Below are positions 16,729-26,701 of a stretch of DNA of 32,000 bases, piece after piece. The stretch is from Candidatus Jordarchaeales archaeon (lineage in GTDB: Archaea > Asgardarchaeota > Jordiarchaeia > Jordiarchaeales > Freyrarchaeaceae). Each line of letters starts with the position of its first letter. Position 1 is the stretch's first letter. The notes under the pieces were generated by a model that saw only the letters and a program-made list of their open reading frames with translations, was not told where the DNA came from and searched no databases. Position numbers and translations under genes: made by a program. The stretch covers positions 139,172 to 171,171 of the forward strand of contig JAWCFL010000001.1 of NCBI GenBank assembly GCA_038858525.1, given 5' to 3'.

Positions 16729-18094
16729 CTCCTCTCATAATTTTAGTTATTTCTTCCAATTTCGGCATACTTTCTTTTTGAGCAACCACTGCACTTACTG
16801 CGATTCCGAAACGTGCACTTTCCTTTAAACTATTTCCGTCTAGTATCGACTTAATGAAGCTGGCAAGAAAGGCGTCCTTTGTTCTGCTTTCGTTTAAAAC
16901 ATTTACATCTACGCCTTCTACTTCCATAACGTCTTTATCGGTGTAAATAACGCAACCCTTTCTTACTCCTTTAAAAACAATTAAACACTGTACTCCTAAT
17001 TCGATAAGACGTGAGGCATCGCCTAATTCTTTTGAAAGCATACTCCACATTCTCTCGCCTAGAAACAAAAAGTCAGTGTTCCTTAGTATTCCCTCAATCT
17101 GCTTAAAGCCCCCCTCAAGGAAGAGAGACGAAGGCTTATAAAAGACTTTTACTTTGCGTGTTTTTGCATAGCTAGCGATTAGTTCACTTATTTCTTTAAA
17201 CATTTCACAGATGCATACTGCTCTAGCGTTTTTTATCATTTCCCATTTTATCTCCTTTGGATCTGAAATGGAGAGAGCAGTCTTTGCTGTAGCCGTAACG
17301 TATGTTCTCCTTTGCCCTTTTTCTATTATGATTATTGTTCTCGGGGTATGAAGATCCCGGTCGATTATCAGGTTTGATGTGTTAACTTCTTCTTTTATTA
17401 GCTCGTTGGCTATGCGCCGCCCAAATATGTCGCCGCCTATCTTTCCTGCGAATCCGACTTTAACACCAAGTCTTGAAAGGGCTACAGCTATGTTTCCACC
17501 CGACCCGCCCAAAGTCTCTCTGACGTCGTGAAGAAGACAGATCATAGAAGGAGTAAGCTGTTCACCGTGAAGGAGATAGTCTATGGAGGCGGCGCCGTAA
17601 ACCATGACTTCGGGCTCAAATACCATCTTCTGGATCTTGGTTAATCCTCCAGCTACGGCAACTGAGAATGCATCTTCAAGCTTTTCAATAGCCATGCCTT
17701 TTCGGAGACAGAGTTCTGTTATGTTGTTTAGGTAGGACTTAAGCAGTTCCTCTAGAACTTTCTCTAGGTCTGTTGAGGGAAGGTGCCGTTTGAACATTAA
17801 GAGAAGCCAGCGACCAATATCAGTTGGTTTATACCATATTGTGTGTTTTCCTTCTTTAACTTTATATTCTTCTTCTAAAACGCCCAGCCGAACTAGGTTT
17901 TTCAGATGAAATATAATAGTTTTATTAGAATGCCTTAATTGTCTTATTATGTCTTTTTGTGCTTGGACCCCGCGATCAATCTTTTCAAGTATTTCAAGGG
18001 TTATAGGGGACCCGAAGACGTCAAGCAGAAAAGCTCTCAAGTCGTGGGGGTCTGCCGGAAGAAAAAGAAGGTAAGGCCAATTTTCACTCATCAT
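16712..18094 (-). CDS. Winged-helix (ArsR-like) plus PfkB-family kinase-fold fusion
   Basis: N-terminal wHTH (TIIFHLKNLVRLGVLEE...WYKPTDIG). PfkB signature GGSGGNIAVALSRLG and GKIGGDIFG; the C-terminal signature is degenerate (ESRTKDAF). Confidence 0.8.
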   Translation of the reverse strand: MMSENWPYLLFLPADPHDLRAFLLDVFGSPITLEILEKIDRGVQAQKDIIRQLRHSNKTIIFHLKNLVRLGVLEEEYKVKEGKHTIWYKPTDIGRWLLLMFKRHLPSTDLEKVLEELLKSYLNNITELCLRKGMAIEKLEDAFSVAVAGGLTKIQKMVFEPEVMVYGAASIDYLLHGEQLTPSMICLLHDVRETLGGSGGNIAVALSRLGVKVGFAGKIGGDIFGRRIANELIKEEVNTSNLIIDRDLHTPRTIIIIEKGQRRTYVTATAKTALSISDPKEIKWEMIKNARAVCICEMFKEISELIASYAKTRKVKVFYKPSSLFLEGGFKQIEGILRNTDFLFLGERMWSMLSKELGDASRLIELGVQCLIVFKGVRKGCVIYTDKDVMEVEGVDVNVLNESRTKDAFLASFIKSILDGNSLKESARFGIAVSAVVAQKESMPKLEEITKIMRGDEGNA

Positions 18095-18482
18095 TAATAT
18101 TCTCCTCCAACTTTTCTATGAACATGAGGGGATAGTTGAGTTCAGGAACGTATTCCATTCCCGCTGAAACCCTCACATGGCCATACCTTACTACTAATCT
18201 TATGGATAGGTTCTTTTCATTGACCTCCGAGTAACCGTAACTATTCAAGTCGCCATTCTCAGGCGGTTTAATTTTAACTTTTATAGATTCGACATATGGC
18301 TGGCAGGCAACCGCTTCCTCTATTGCTTTTTCAATAGTTGAAACGTTTCTTTTCGTCAAAGGTATGCCCGTAAACTGGTGATAAGACGCACCCAGCTTAA
18401 TTCCCGCTTCAAAAACTGCTCTATCCCGTTCAGTAACTTCTTTTCCAAAAAAATCTTTAACTATACTTTCTAAATGGTCCAA
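18084..18482 (-). CDS. mptD: Dihydroneopterin aldolase, archaeal type (DUF381)
   Basis: TERDRAVFEAGIKLGASYHQFTG, QPYVE, GYSE, LNYPLMFI. Confidence 0.9.
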   Translation of the reverse strand: MDHLESIVKDFFGKEVTERDRAVFEAGIKLGASYHQFTGIPLTKRNVSTIEKAIEEAVACQPYVESIKVKIKPPENGDLNSYGYSEVNEKNLSIRLVVRYGHVRVSAGMEYVPELNYPLMFIEKLEENINDE

Positions 18483-18621
18483 AGGATCACCCTTTACATT
18501 AGTTCATAAAAGGACAGGATTTGGGGAGTTAGATGCAAGGTTGTATATTTACTTAAGAAACCTTTAAAGTTGACGTGTAAAGAAAGAGTTTCTTAAGCAA
18601 AACCAAGTGAGGCATTTAGCG

Positions 18622-19995
18622 ATGAGTGACCTTGAAGGCTTAGTTAAAAAACTTGTTGCCAAAGGGTGGACGCGCCGCCAAATAATAGAGCAGCTTATTC
18701 AAGAAATCGGGTTTTTTAAGGATTTAGATAGAGAGAAAGCGACATCTTTTGCTGAAACGGTTGTCTTAGAAGTCGAAACAGCCATGAATACGCTGCGGGA
18801 TGAACGCGTGAAATGGCTTCTTAAAAGCTCTGAAGCTGGGGTTTCTATGCATGATTTAGGAGTTGGATGCAGGGGTGAGGGGGATTTTTTCGTTCATAGG
18901 CTTCTTTCGGAAGTAGCGGATATTGGTACTTCACGCCTGCTTGGGCCGAAGGCTCAAGATGATGCGGGTGCAGTTGAACATAAAGGTAACGTGATAGTTG
19001 TAGCTGTTGATGGGACTCATTCTCGTTTAACGGAGTTTCCTTTCATAGCTGGGTTCCACGTGACGCGGGCAGCTATGAGAGACGTTTATGTTAAAGGAGC
19101 CAGGCCTGTAGCTTTGTTTACTGACCTCCACCTTGCAGATGACGGTGATGTGGGAATACTTTTTGACTTTATGGGCGGTGTTAGAGCAGTCTCAGAGCTT
19201 TCAGGAGTGCCTTTGGTTGCTGGCTCCACTCTTAGAGTTGGAGGAGACATGGTTATCGGAACGCGCTTTGTTTCATGTGTTGGAGCGGTTGGGGTAATAG
19301 AGTCAAAAGAATTCATGGCAGCCAGGAACAAAATAAAACCAGGAGATGACATAGTGATGACTGAAGGAGCGGGAGGAGGAACTATAGCAACTACGGCTAT
19401 ATATGGTGGAATGCCGGAGGTTGTCCTTGAAACACTTAATATTCAGTTTATCGAGGCATGTGAGTCGCTCTTAAGGGAAGGTCTCTTCGGTAAGATACAT
19501 GCTGCGACCGACTGGACGAATGGTGGACTTAGAGGAGACTGCAACGAGATATGCAATATTGCAAAGGTAGGTATAGTAATACATGAAGACAAAGTTAGGG
19601 CACTTTTAAACGGGAAAGTGCTCGACATGCTTGAAAGACTCTCAATAGATTACTTAGGAGTATCTATGGATGCTCTCTTAATATTCACGCCTCCAAGCTA
19701 CACGGATGAGGTTCTGCATGCCTTAAAGAAAGCGGGGGTTAAGAGCGACATAATAGGGCAAGTCGTCGAGAAACCCAAGACGCCGGTCTTAGTGAAAGAT
19801 GGGAAAAGGGTTCCATTTGAAGCGCTTTATAGGGAAGCGGCATACACTAAGATAAAGAAGCTGGTAGGAGAAGGAGCGCCGGCGGAAAAGGAAAGATTCA
19901 TGAAAATGGCGGAAAAAGCCGCGCAACAAGCCATAGAGAAGGCTAGCAGAGTTGTAGAGTTTATAACGGCAAAAAGAAGGTCGTACATGCAATAG
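18622..19995 (+). CDS. AIR synthase/HypE-related protein with N-terminal helical extension
   Basis: GVGCRGEGDFFVH, DDAG, VDGTHSRL, DLHLADDGD, TDWTNGGLRGD. Confidence 0.85.
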   Translation: MSDLEGLVKKLVAKGWTRRQIIEQLIQEIGFFKDLDREKATSFAETVVLEVETAMNTLRDERVKWLLKSSEAGVSMHDLGVGCRGEGDFFVHRLLSEVADIGTSRLLGPKAQDDAGAVEHKGNVIVVAVDGTHSRLTEFPFIAGFHVTRAAMRDVYVKGARPVALFTDLHLADDGDVGILFDFMGGVRAVSELSGVPLVAGSTLRVGGDMVIGTRFVSCVGAVGVIESKEFMAARNKIKPGDDIVMTEGAGGGTIATTAIYGGMPEVVLETLNIQFIEACESLLREGLFGKIHAATDWTNGGLRGDCNEICNIAKVGIVIHEDKVRALLNGKVLDMLERLSIDYLGVSMDALLIFTPPSYTDEVLHALKKAGVKSDIIGQVVEKPKTPVLVKDGKRVPFEALYREAAYTKIKKLVGEGAPAEKERFMKMAEKAAQQAIEKASRVVEFITAKRRSYMQ

Positions 19996-19997
19996 GC

Positions 19998-20942
19998 TCA
20001 CGCGTCTACTACGCCATCTTCTGTAATGAGGAAGACTGTCTCTTGTTCTGGGAGGAATGGACTGTCAACCACTCTTGCTATACGTTGATTACCCTTGCCT
20101 TTTCTTAAGTAAATTCTTGTTGTGCAGTTATGCGCAACTATATGACCGCCAACAGGTTGTGTAGGGTCACCAAAGAACGTGTCCGGTTTAGCCATGACTT
20201 GGTTCGTTACCACGACAGCCAAATTGTATAGCTCTGCGAGTCTGAGAAGCGTGTGAAGGTGTTTGTTAAGCTTTTGTTGTCTCTCAGCGAGTAATCCACG
20301 CCCAACATACTCAGAGCGGAAATGCCCGACTATGCTATCAACTACTATAAGCTTAATGTTTTTACCTTCATTAATGAGGTCCTCTATGCTCTGAGCAAGG
20401 TAAAGCTGATGATCAGAATTATAAGCTCTAGCGTAAGTAACCTTTTGAAGAACTGTCTTTTGATCTAAACCAAACCTCTTTGCGATTTGAACCAGCCTTT
20501 CAGGCCTAAATGTCCCTTCTGTATCTATGTATACTGCCTCCCCATTTAATCCTCCGGACTCTACTGGAAGCTGAACTGTAACTGATAATTGATGGCTGAT
20601 TTGCGTTTTCCCCGTGCGGAACTCTCCGAAAAGCTCAGTTATTCCCCTTGTTTCAATCCCTCCACCCAGAAGCTCATCCAAACTTTTACACCCAGTTGTG
20701 ATTTGGGAGATCTTTTTCCTCTGCTCAAGAAACTCTTCAGCAGAGATAAATCCTATGTTAACAAGCTCTCTAGCCGCTTCTATTATCTTTGCGGCGGTAC
20801 TTTCACCGATCTCCGCGGCTATCGCTATTTCCTTGGGTGTCGCAACAGCCACAGCCTCCGGTGTCCTATAGCCAGCTTCATAAAGCTTCTTAGCGATAGC
20901 TGGCCCAACGCCGGGAATCTCTTCTAATGCGTCCAAGGACAC
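19998..20942 (-). CDS. radA: DNA repair and recombination protein RadA
   Basis: N-terminal HhH (IPGVGP), Walker [21 protein letters not shown], Walker B IVVDS, ERQQKL. Confidence 0.97.
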   Translation of the reverse strand: MSLDALEEIPGVGPAIAKKLYEAGYRTPEAVAVATPKEIAIAAEIGESTAAKIIEAARELVNIGFISAEEFLEQRKKISQITTGCKSLDELLGGGIETRGITELFGEFRTGKTQISHQLSVTVQLPVESGGLNGEAVYIDTEGTFRPERLVQIAKRFGLDQKTVLQKVTYARAYNSDHQLYLAQSIEDLINEGKNIKLIVVDSIVGHFRSEYVGRGLLAERQQKLNKHLHTLLRLAELYNLAVVVTNQVMAKPDTFFGDPTQPVGGHIVAHNCTTRIYLRKGKGNQRIARVVDSPFLPEQETVFLITEDGVVDA

Positions 20943-21099
20943 TCAAGCCACCTCCACTCTTGGAAAAATAATAGAATTTCTGCTCTTAAATTTTTAATCG
21001 TGCTTTGTATAGCAGAGAAGTAATAAAGAAAAGAGAGGATACAAAAAACAGAGAAAGAGTCTAAAGGAGAAGCACATTGAAAAGGAGGTTATAATTTAT

Positions 21100-21741
21100 T
21101 TGAAGTTGGATGAACTAGGCTTTGAAGCAGAATGCATATATGAAGTTATTATCACGACGCTTAACGAAGATGGTACACTTAACGCTGCTCCCATGGGTAT
21201 TCTTTCAAAGGACTTGACATCACTAGTTGTGAGGCCATATGTTACTACAAGAACATATCATAACATAGCGAGAACACGGGAAGCAGTGGTCAACGTTACA
21301 GATGACATAACTCTTTTTTATATAACCATTTTTGAGAAGGAAAGAGTAAAAGAAATGCCTTCCATGAGAGCTAAAAGGGTTTCAGTACCTATTTTAGCCA
21401 AGTCGAAAGCGTATGTAGAATGCGTTGTTGAGGAAGAACCAGTGATATGCGATGGAAGAGCTGATATAAAAATGAGAGCTGTTGAGTGTGGGGTTTTAGA
21501 TCGAAGCTTCAGACCTATATGTAGAGCTCCTAACTTGATCCTTGAATCAATAATACATTTTACGAGAATAGAACCGTTGATTAGAAATGGTGAAATCAGC
21601 AAAGCGTTAAAGTTACTGGAGCTTATAGCGTTTTATAGGGACATTGTTCAAAGAGTTTGTAACGCAACAAGATATGAAGAAATAGTAAACAAGATATACG
21701 AGGAAGCATGCCGTATCGTAAAAGAGAAAGGTGGAAGGTAA
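21100..21741 (+). CDS. DUF447-family protein
   Basis: EVIITT..NAAPMG, TYHNI..AVVNVTDD, RAPNLILESIIHFTR. Confidence 0.85.
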   Translation: MKLDELGFEAECIYEVIITTLNEDGTLNAAPMGILSKDLTSLVVRPYVTTRTYHNIARTREAVVNVTDDITLFYITIFEKERVKEMPSMRAKRVSVPILAKSKAYVECVVEEEPVICDGRADIKMRAVECGVLDRSFRPICRAPNLILESIIHFTRIEPLIRNGEISKALKLLELIAFYRDIVQRVCNATRYEEIVNKIYEEACRIVKEKGGR

Positions 21742-21903
21742 CTAAATAATTTTTATAAGTGAAGCTCCTTTAATGTTTCCAAGAAAGTTTATTGGTTGTT
21801 TTTTTCGCTAATTGGCTCAAAACAAAAGCTTGAAAAAGAGTTACTTCCTCCAAAAATGGGGGAAAAACAAAATAAAAAGGGAAGCGCAAGGAATTAGTGG
21901 GGG

Positions 21904-22494
21904 TTGAGTATGACCCTTGATGAAAAAACGGCAAGGAAACTTGTTCGGATGCTTCAGCAAATAGAAGACACCACGAAGCTTGAGGGCGTAGCGGTTGTGA
22001 CTAGAGATGGAGTAAGAGTCGCATGCGCAGAGTCAGCAAACGTCGATGTAGACGCTATTTCGACAGCATCAGCAGCGATAATAAATACAAGTGAAGCAAC
22101 GGCAATGCAGCTAGGGCATGGAAGCCTCTCCGAAATAATCATAAAAGGAGATTCAGGGTACTTGCTCATAACAAGAGTCGATGATGAACACATGATGGTT
22201 GCGTCAAGTAGAGATATCGTAAGGTTAGGTTTAAATTTGGGGGTTCTTAAGCGTTATTCACGCTCCGTAGCTGAGTTGCTCGCACAAGCTAAAGCTAAAA
22301 TAACAGCTCCGATAACAGCGCCACTCACTACAACGACGCCGCAACTTTCCCAATCTACCTCCATGGCTAAAGAGGAAGGTGTCAGCGACAAAGAAGCCAT
22401 TTTTGAGGCTCTTAGAGCATTGGGCCTTGAAGACGCTGTCACGGAGATCCAATCACAGAGCAAAAAAGCAATAGAAAAAGCCGAAAGAATATAG
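21904..22494 (+). CDS. Roadblock/LC7-domain protein with C-terminal extension
   Basis: LEGVAVVTRDG..ISTASAAII..LSEIIIKGDSGYLLI..RLGLNL, followed by a Thr/Pro/Ala-rich linker and a charged helix. Confidence 0.85.
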   Translation: MSMTLDEKTARKLVRMLQQIEDTTKLEGVAVVTRDGVRVACAESANVDVDAISTASAAIINTSEATAMQLGHGSLSEIIIKGDSGYLLITRVDDEHMMVASSRDIVRLGLNLGVLKRYSRSVAELLAQAKAKITAPITAPLTTTTPQLSQSTSMAKEEGVSDKEAIFEALRALGLEDAVTEIQSQSKKAIEKAERI

Positions 22495-22541
22495 GTTGGT
22501 TCTTAAAAGATATGTTAGACGCCGCTTTCGTGCGCTACATC

Positions 22542-23570
22542 CTAAAGGAACATTAAAACCTCACTTAAAAAACATACCAGAAGGAGGAGCGCGATTAGCT
22601 TTACTGACGCCCATAAACGTCTCCTATTTGGGTTTAAAAGCGCCCATGCGAAAATGAGTAAGAAAGATGAGAAAGCCAATGCGAATTTTATGTTTGATAA
22701 CATCATATCAAACAGTACTATCCCACCCATAAGAGCTAGGATTATGCCGAACGATAGGCAATGTTTTTTACCTAAGGAGACTGCTAAAGTCCTCAGTCCC
22801 GAAGATTTATCCGGCTCGTAATCTAAGGCGACAGTCACCGTATAGAATGCGGCGCCTATAAGGTTTGAGCCCAAGAAAAAGTTTAGCGGAAACGACTTCC
22901 CCGTCACGTAAGTCATTATTAGAACGTTAAAATGAAGATCTGAAGGATATAACGCGCTATATATCACTGAGAGAGAAAGCGTGGATAAGGAAAGCCCCTC
23001 AGGGGATTCCAAGTAAACGATGTGCCCCGCAATGAATGGCAAAGTTGCAAGACCTATGGTATTCCAAATGATGTCTAAGGGGGCCTTACCCTTCAGTCTA
23101 GGCTTATAGGAGTATGTTAAAGAGAAAAAGTGTCCTAATAAGATTATTAGCGCGAAAATAGACGAAATCATAAAGCCCACTATGACGCTTAGGACAGCTG
23201 AAGCTGCACTTAGATGAATTATACTTTTCGGAGAAGCAACGCCTTCAACTATGGGATTATGATAATCTTTCCAATAAGCGTACTTATCACTCTCACGAGA
23301 ATCGGCATAAGTGTTTACGTTGCAGCCGGAGAGAGAGGCAAGAAAAACCGCTAGGTACGATATGAGCGAAGGGAAACTAAGCGTGAAAGTAAAAATAAGA
23401 AACTTTGCTAATTGACGGAAAAAGCAGAATGGGCTAAGAGAGAAAAACGCTGGAGAGGCAAGCGTGCTCAGACCGCCAATTAAAAAGTAAGCTAAGGGAA
23501 TTAACACAAACACGGGCCTTGTAAGGTTATAAGTTAGCCTTAAGTAGTTACCCAAACTTGCTCCTAGCAA
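22542..23570 (-). CDS. UbiA-family prenyltransferase
   Basis: Multiple TM helices; NTYAD...D motif; YSYKPRLKG..PLD; DYEPDKSSGLRTLAVSLG. Confidence 0.85.
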   Translation of the reverse strand: MLGASLGNYLRLTYNLTRPVFVLIPLAYFLIGGLSTLASPAFFSLSPFCFFRQLAKFLIFTFTLSFPSLISYLAVFLASLSGCNVNTYADSRESDKYAYWKDYHNPIVEGVASPKSIIHLSAASAVLSVIVGFMISSIFALIILLGHFFSLTYSYKPRLKGKAPLDIIWNTIGLATLPFIAGHIVYLESPEGLSLSTLSLSVIYSALYPSDLHFNVLIMTYVTGKSFPLNFFLGSNLIGAAFYTVTVALDYEPDKSSGLRTLAVSLGKKHCLSFGIILALMGGIVLFDMMLSNIKFALAFSSFLLIFAWALLNPNRRRLWASVKLIALLLLVCFLSEVLMFL

Positions 23571-23730
23571 GCGCCATCATTCTCCTTTTTTCACTAATTC
23601 AAGTTCTATTACGAAAACACAGTAGGGGAACTTAAATTTCATTGATTTCGTTTAAACGTTTACTATAACAAGTGATTTAAAGAATTTTTCGTTGACTTCA
23701 CTGTTAAAAATGAGAAGGTAATATAAAGGG

Positions 23731-23746
23731 GAAAAGGTTTTTATAG
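23731..23746 (+). promoter_or_regulatory. BRE-TATA promoter of the r-protein cluster
   Basis: GAAAAGG-TTTTTATAG about 57 nt upstream of the rpl22 ATG. Confidence 0.55.
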
Positions 23747-23802
23747 CTAGCCAGTTTTGGATACAATAAACTTTTAGCTATCTTTAGTTACGAGGGAACA
23801 TC

Positions 23803-24273
23803 ATGCCTAAGTTTGGGTACTCGATTTACGGGCTTGACCCGGCATTAACTGCTAAGGCAAGTGGGCGAGACTTAAGGATTTCTCCTAAAGCAGCACGCGA
23901 GGTATGTAACACGATAAAAGGCATGATGCTTTACGAGGCGAAAGAGTTCTTAGAAGAAGTAATAGCCCTCAAGAGACCAATACCGTTTAGACGGCATCAT
24001 GGAAAACAGGCGCATAAACGTGGACTTCAAGGCTGGCACTCAGGTAGATACCCTGTCAAAGCAGCACGCGCAATAATGAAAATTTTGGATAATGTAGAGA
24101 CAAACGCTGAACAAAAAGGACTGGATGTTGATAGCTTAAGGATAATACATGCGGCAGCTCACAGGGGGCCCGTCATGAAGCGCTACATTCCACGCGCCTT
24201 TGGCCGGGCGACACCTAAATTTAGAAGTTTAACGCATGTTGAAATAGTAGTCAAAGAGGAGACTAGCGAGTAG
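23803..24273 (+). CDS. rpl22: 50S ribosomal protein uL22
   Basis: [26 protein letters not shown]. Confidence 0.97.
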   Translation: MPKFGYSIYGLDPALTAKASGRDLRISPKAAREVCNTIKGMMLYEAKEFLEEVIALKRPIPFRRHHGKQAHKRGLQGWHSGRYPVKAARAIMKILDNVETNAEQKGLDVDSLRIIHAAAHRGPVMKRYIPRAFGRATPKFRSLTHVEIVVKEETSE

Positions 24274-24287
24274 CGGAGGTTTGTCTT

Positions 24288-24947
24288 ATGTCGACTAGAG
24301 CGCATTTTATCCGTAGTTCTATTCAAAGAGTTGAAATAGACGAGTTCCTCTCAAAGGAGCTAAAAAAAGCGGGTTATGCAGGCGTAGAGCTCCAGAAAAC
24401 AGCCCTTGGGACTAACGTGATCATTTACGCCTCTAAACCCGGATTAGTTATTGGGAGACGGGGAAGGAACATTCAGCAACTTACGGAAATACTCGAAAAG
24501 AGGTTCAAAGTGGAAAATCCTCAAATAAGCGTGCAAGAGGCAGATAACCCGGAGCTTAATGCACGCGTGATGGCTAATCGGCTTGCAACCGAGTTAGAGC
24601 GTGGTGTTAATTACCGCAGGGCGAGTTATTTCATCCTGCGAAGAATAATGAGTGCAGGAGCCCTCGGATGTGAAATCATAATTAGTGGAAAGATATCAAG
24701 CCAGCGGGCGAAGTACCGCAAGTTCAGACAGGGAGTTCTTATGAAGTGTGGTGAGCCAGCAGAGAAATACGTCGATGAAGCTGTCGCTTATGCGTTACTT
24801 AAGCCAGGAGTGATGGGAGTTAATGTTAGGATAATGCGACCCGAAGTGGTCATGCCTGATGCAGTAAAAATTAAAAAAGAAAAAGTGGAAGCGACAGAGA
24901 TAGAAGAAACAGAAGTGGTAAAGGACGAAGTACAACGGGAGGAGTAA
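24288..24947 (+). CDS. rps3: 30S ribosomal protein uS3
   Basis: AGYAGV, KPGLVIGRRG, GCEIIISGK, KPGVMGV. Confidence 0.97.
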   Translation: MSTRAHFIRSSIQRVEIDEFLSKELKKAGYAGVELQKTALGTNVIIYASKPGLVIGRRGRNIQQLTEILEKRFKVENPQISVQEADNPELNARVMANRLATELERGVNYRRASYFILRRIMSAGALGCEIIISGKISSQRAKYRKFRQGVLMKCGEPAEKYVDEAVAYALLKPGVMGVNVRIMRPEVVMPDAVKIKKEKVEATEIEETEVVKDEVQREE

Positions 24948-24948
24948 C

Positions 24949-25191
24949 ATGAGCTACAAGATCAAAGAGATAAGGTCATGGAGTGATGAAGAGTTAAGGA
25001 AGAAACTCGAAGAGCTGAGAGCGGAGCAGTTAAACCAGCGCATGTTAAAAGTGCTCGGTGGCGCCATAGAGAACCCGGCAAGAATAAGGAATACTAGGAG
25101 AGCTATTGCCCGGATTTTGACTGTACTAAATGAGAGAAAGAGGAAAGAGAGCATTGAAGGCGAGAAAAAAGATAAGCAGGAGAAAGCATGA
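24949..25191 (+). CDS. rpl29: 50S ribosomal protein uL29
   Basis: [22 protein letters not shown]. Confidence 0.95.
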   Translation: MSYKIKEIRSWSDEELRKKLEELRAEQLNQRMLKVLGGAIENPARIRNTRRAIARILTVLNERKRKESIEGEKKDKQEKA

Positions 25192-25552
25192 AGTATCAAC
25201 TAGCAACTTGATCAGACATGAAGTTATCGGTTTAAGAGTAACGGTTGTGCATAGTTTAAACGATAAATTTATAGGAATTTCAGGAACCCTCATCGATGAG
25301 TCACGTAACATGTTTAAGTTAAAATGTAAAGATAACGTTATCAGAGTGATTCCCAAGGAAGTATGCATCTTCAAGTTTGAGCTTCCAGATGGTGATAGCG
25401 TGAAGGTTGACGGGAGAATGCTGAACGGACGGGCTGAAGAAAGGATAAAGATGAAGAGGCGAAAGGTTGTTTGGCCACTAATTGTTGAAAAGCAACTTAA
25501 AAAAGCAAGATTTCAGCCTGAGATATGTGAGGTGTTGATGTTTGACCCGTAA
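25130..25552 (+). CDS. rnp1: RNase P protein subunit Rpp29 (start uncertain)
   Basis: [38 protein letters not shown]; syntenic position. Confidence 0.88.
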   Translation: MRERGKRALKARKKISRRKHEVSTSNLIRHEVIGLRVTVVHSLNDKFIGISGTLIDESRNMFKLKCKDNVIRVIPKEVCIFKFELPDGDSVKVDGRMLNGRAEERIKMKRRKVVWPLIVEKQLKKARFQPEICEVLMFDP

Positions 25553-25874
25553 CATAGGTGTTGATGTTAATCCTCCACGACAAAGTTGTGATGATCCATA
25601 CTGTCCATTCCATGGAAAACTTTCAGTCCGGGGTATAATGATCGAGGGCAAAGTGGTAAGTGATAGAATGCAAAAAACTGTGGCTGTTGAGCGAGAATAT
25701 TTAAAATACAATTCGAAGTACAAACGCTACGAAAATAGGAGATCGAAGATCCATGCGCATAATCCACCTTGCATAGACGCCAAAGTCGGTGATATAGTTA
25801 AGATTATGGAGTGCCGCCCCCTAAGTAAAACAGTTTCCTTTGTTGTTGTAGAGAAAATGTCGGGAAAAGAGTGA
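25542..25874 (+). CDS. rps17: 30S ribosomal protein uS17
   Basis: [31 protein letters not shown]. Confidence 0.97.
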   Translation: MTRNIGVDVNPPRQSCDDPYCPFHGKLSVRGIMIEGKVVSDRMQKTVAVEREYLKYNSKYKRYENRRSKIHAHNPPCIDAKVGDIVKIMECRPLSKTVSFVVVEKMSGKE

Positions 25875-25889
25875 CGGGGTTGGTGAAAG

Positions 25890-26312
25890 TTGTCTAAGCG
25901 AGGCGTGAAGGTACGCGTTGGGATAAAGCCTAAGGTTTCTCGGGGGTTACCTTCAGGTGCAAGTGTCCCGTGCGCTGACAACTCAGGCGCCAAATTAGTC
26001 CAGATAATATCAGTGATAGGTTATAAGGGACGGCTCAACAGGTTTTCATCTGCAGGTGTTGGGGATATGGTATCGGTAGCAGTTAAAGAGGGAACGCCTG
26101 AAGTGAGAAGACAGGTTTTAAGAGCCATTGTGGTTAGGCAGAGAAAACCGTATAGAAGAAGGAGTGGGGAATGGATACAATTCGAGGATAACGCGGTAGT
26201 TATAGTGTCTCCTGAAGGTGACCCTAAAGGGTCCGAGATACATGGACCAATAGCACGAGAGGCAGCGGAGAGGTGGCCCAAGTTAGCGGGGATAGCGAGT
26301 ATAATAGTTTAG
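25890..26312 (+). CDS. rpl14: 50S ribosomal protein uL14
   Basis: [27 protein letters not shown]. Confidence 0.97.
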   Translation: MSKRGVKVRVGIKPKVSRGLPSGASVPCADNSGAKLVQIISVIGYKGRLNRFSSAGVGDMVSVAVKEGTPEVRRQVLRAIVVRQRKPYRRRSGEWIQFEDNAVVIVSPEGDPKGSEIHGPIAREAAERWPKLAGIASIIV

Positions 26313-26323
26313 TGGTGGTTGGC

Positions 26324-26698
26324 ATGAAGAGAACAGTAAGTCCTCGAAAGCAAAGGAAAGCGTTATACAACGCGCCACTTCATGTAAGACATAAAATGTT
26401 TGGTGCGAGACTTGCCCCAGAGCTTAGAGAAAAGTATGGCGTTAAGACGCTTCCCGTCCGTGAGGGGGATGAAGTCCTGATAATGCGAGGGGCGTTTAGA
26501 GGTACTGAGGGAAAAGTTGTGGAAGTAGACACTAAAAATTACAGGATTCACGTAGAAAACGTAACTGTAGAGAAGGTTGATGGAACGACCACTTATTATC
26601 CGATTCATCCATCGAAGGTGATGATAACCAAGCTTAAACTGGATGATGAGGTAAGGAAAAAAATTATAGAGAGAAAGAGAGGACGTGTGGAGGAGTAA
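26324..26698 (+). CDS. rpl24: 50S ribosomal protein uL24
   Basis: [29 protein letters not shown]. Start ATG 26324 after GGTGG. Confidence 0.95.
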   Translation: MKRTVSPRKQRKALYNAPLHVRHKMFGARLAPELREKYGVKTLPVREGDEVLIMRGAFRGTEGKVVEVDTKNYRIHVENVTVEKVDGTTTYYPIHPSKVMITKLKLDDEVRKKIIERKRGRVEE

Positions 26699-26701
26699 GC
26701 A

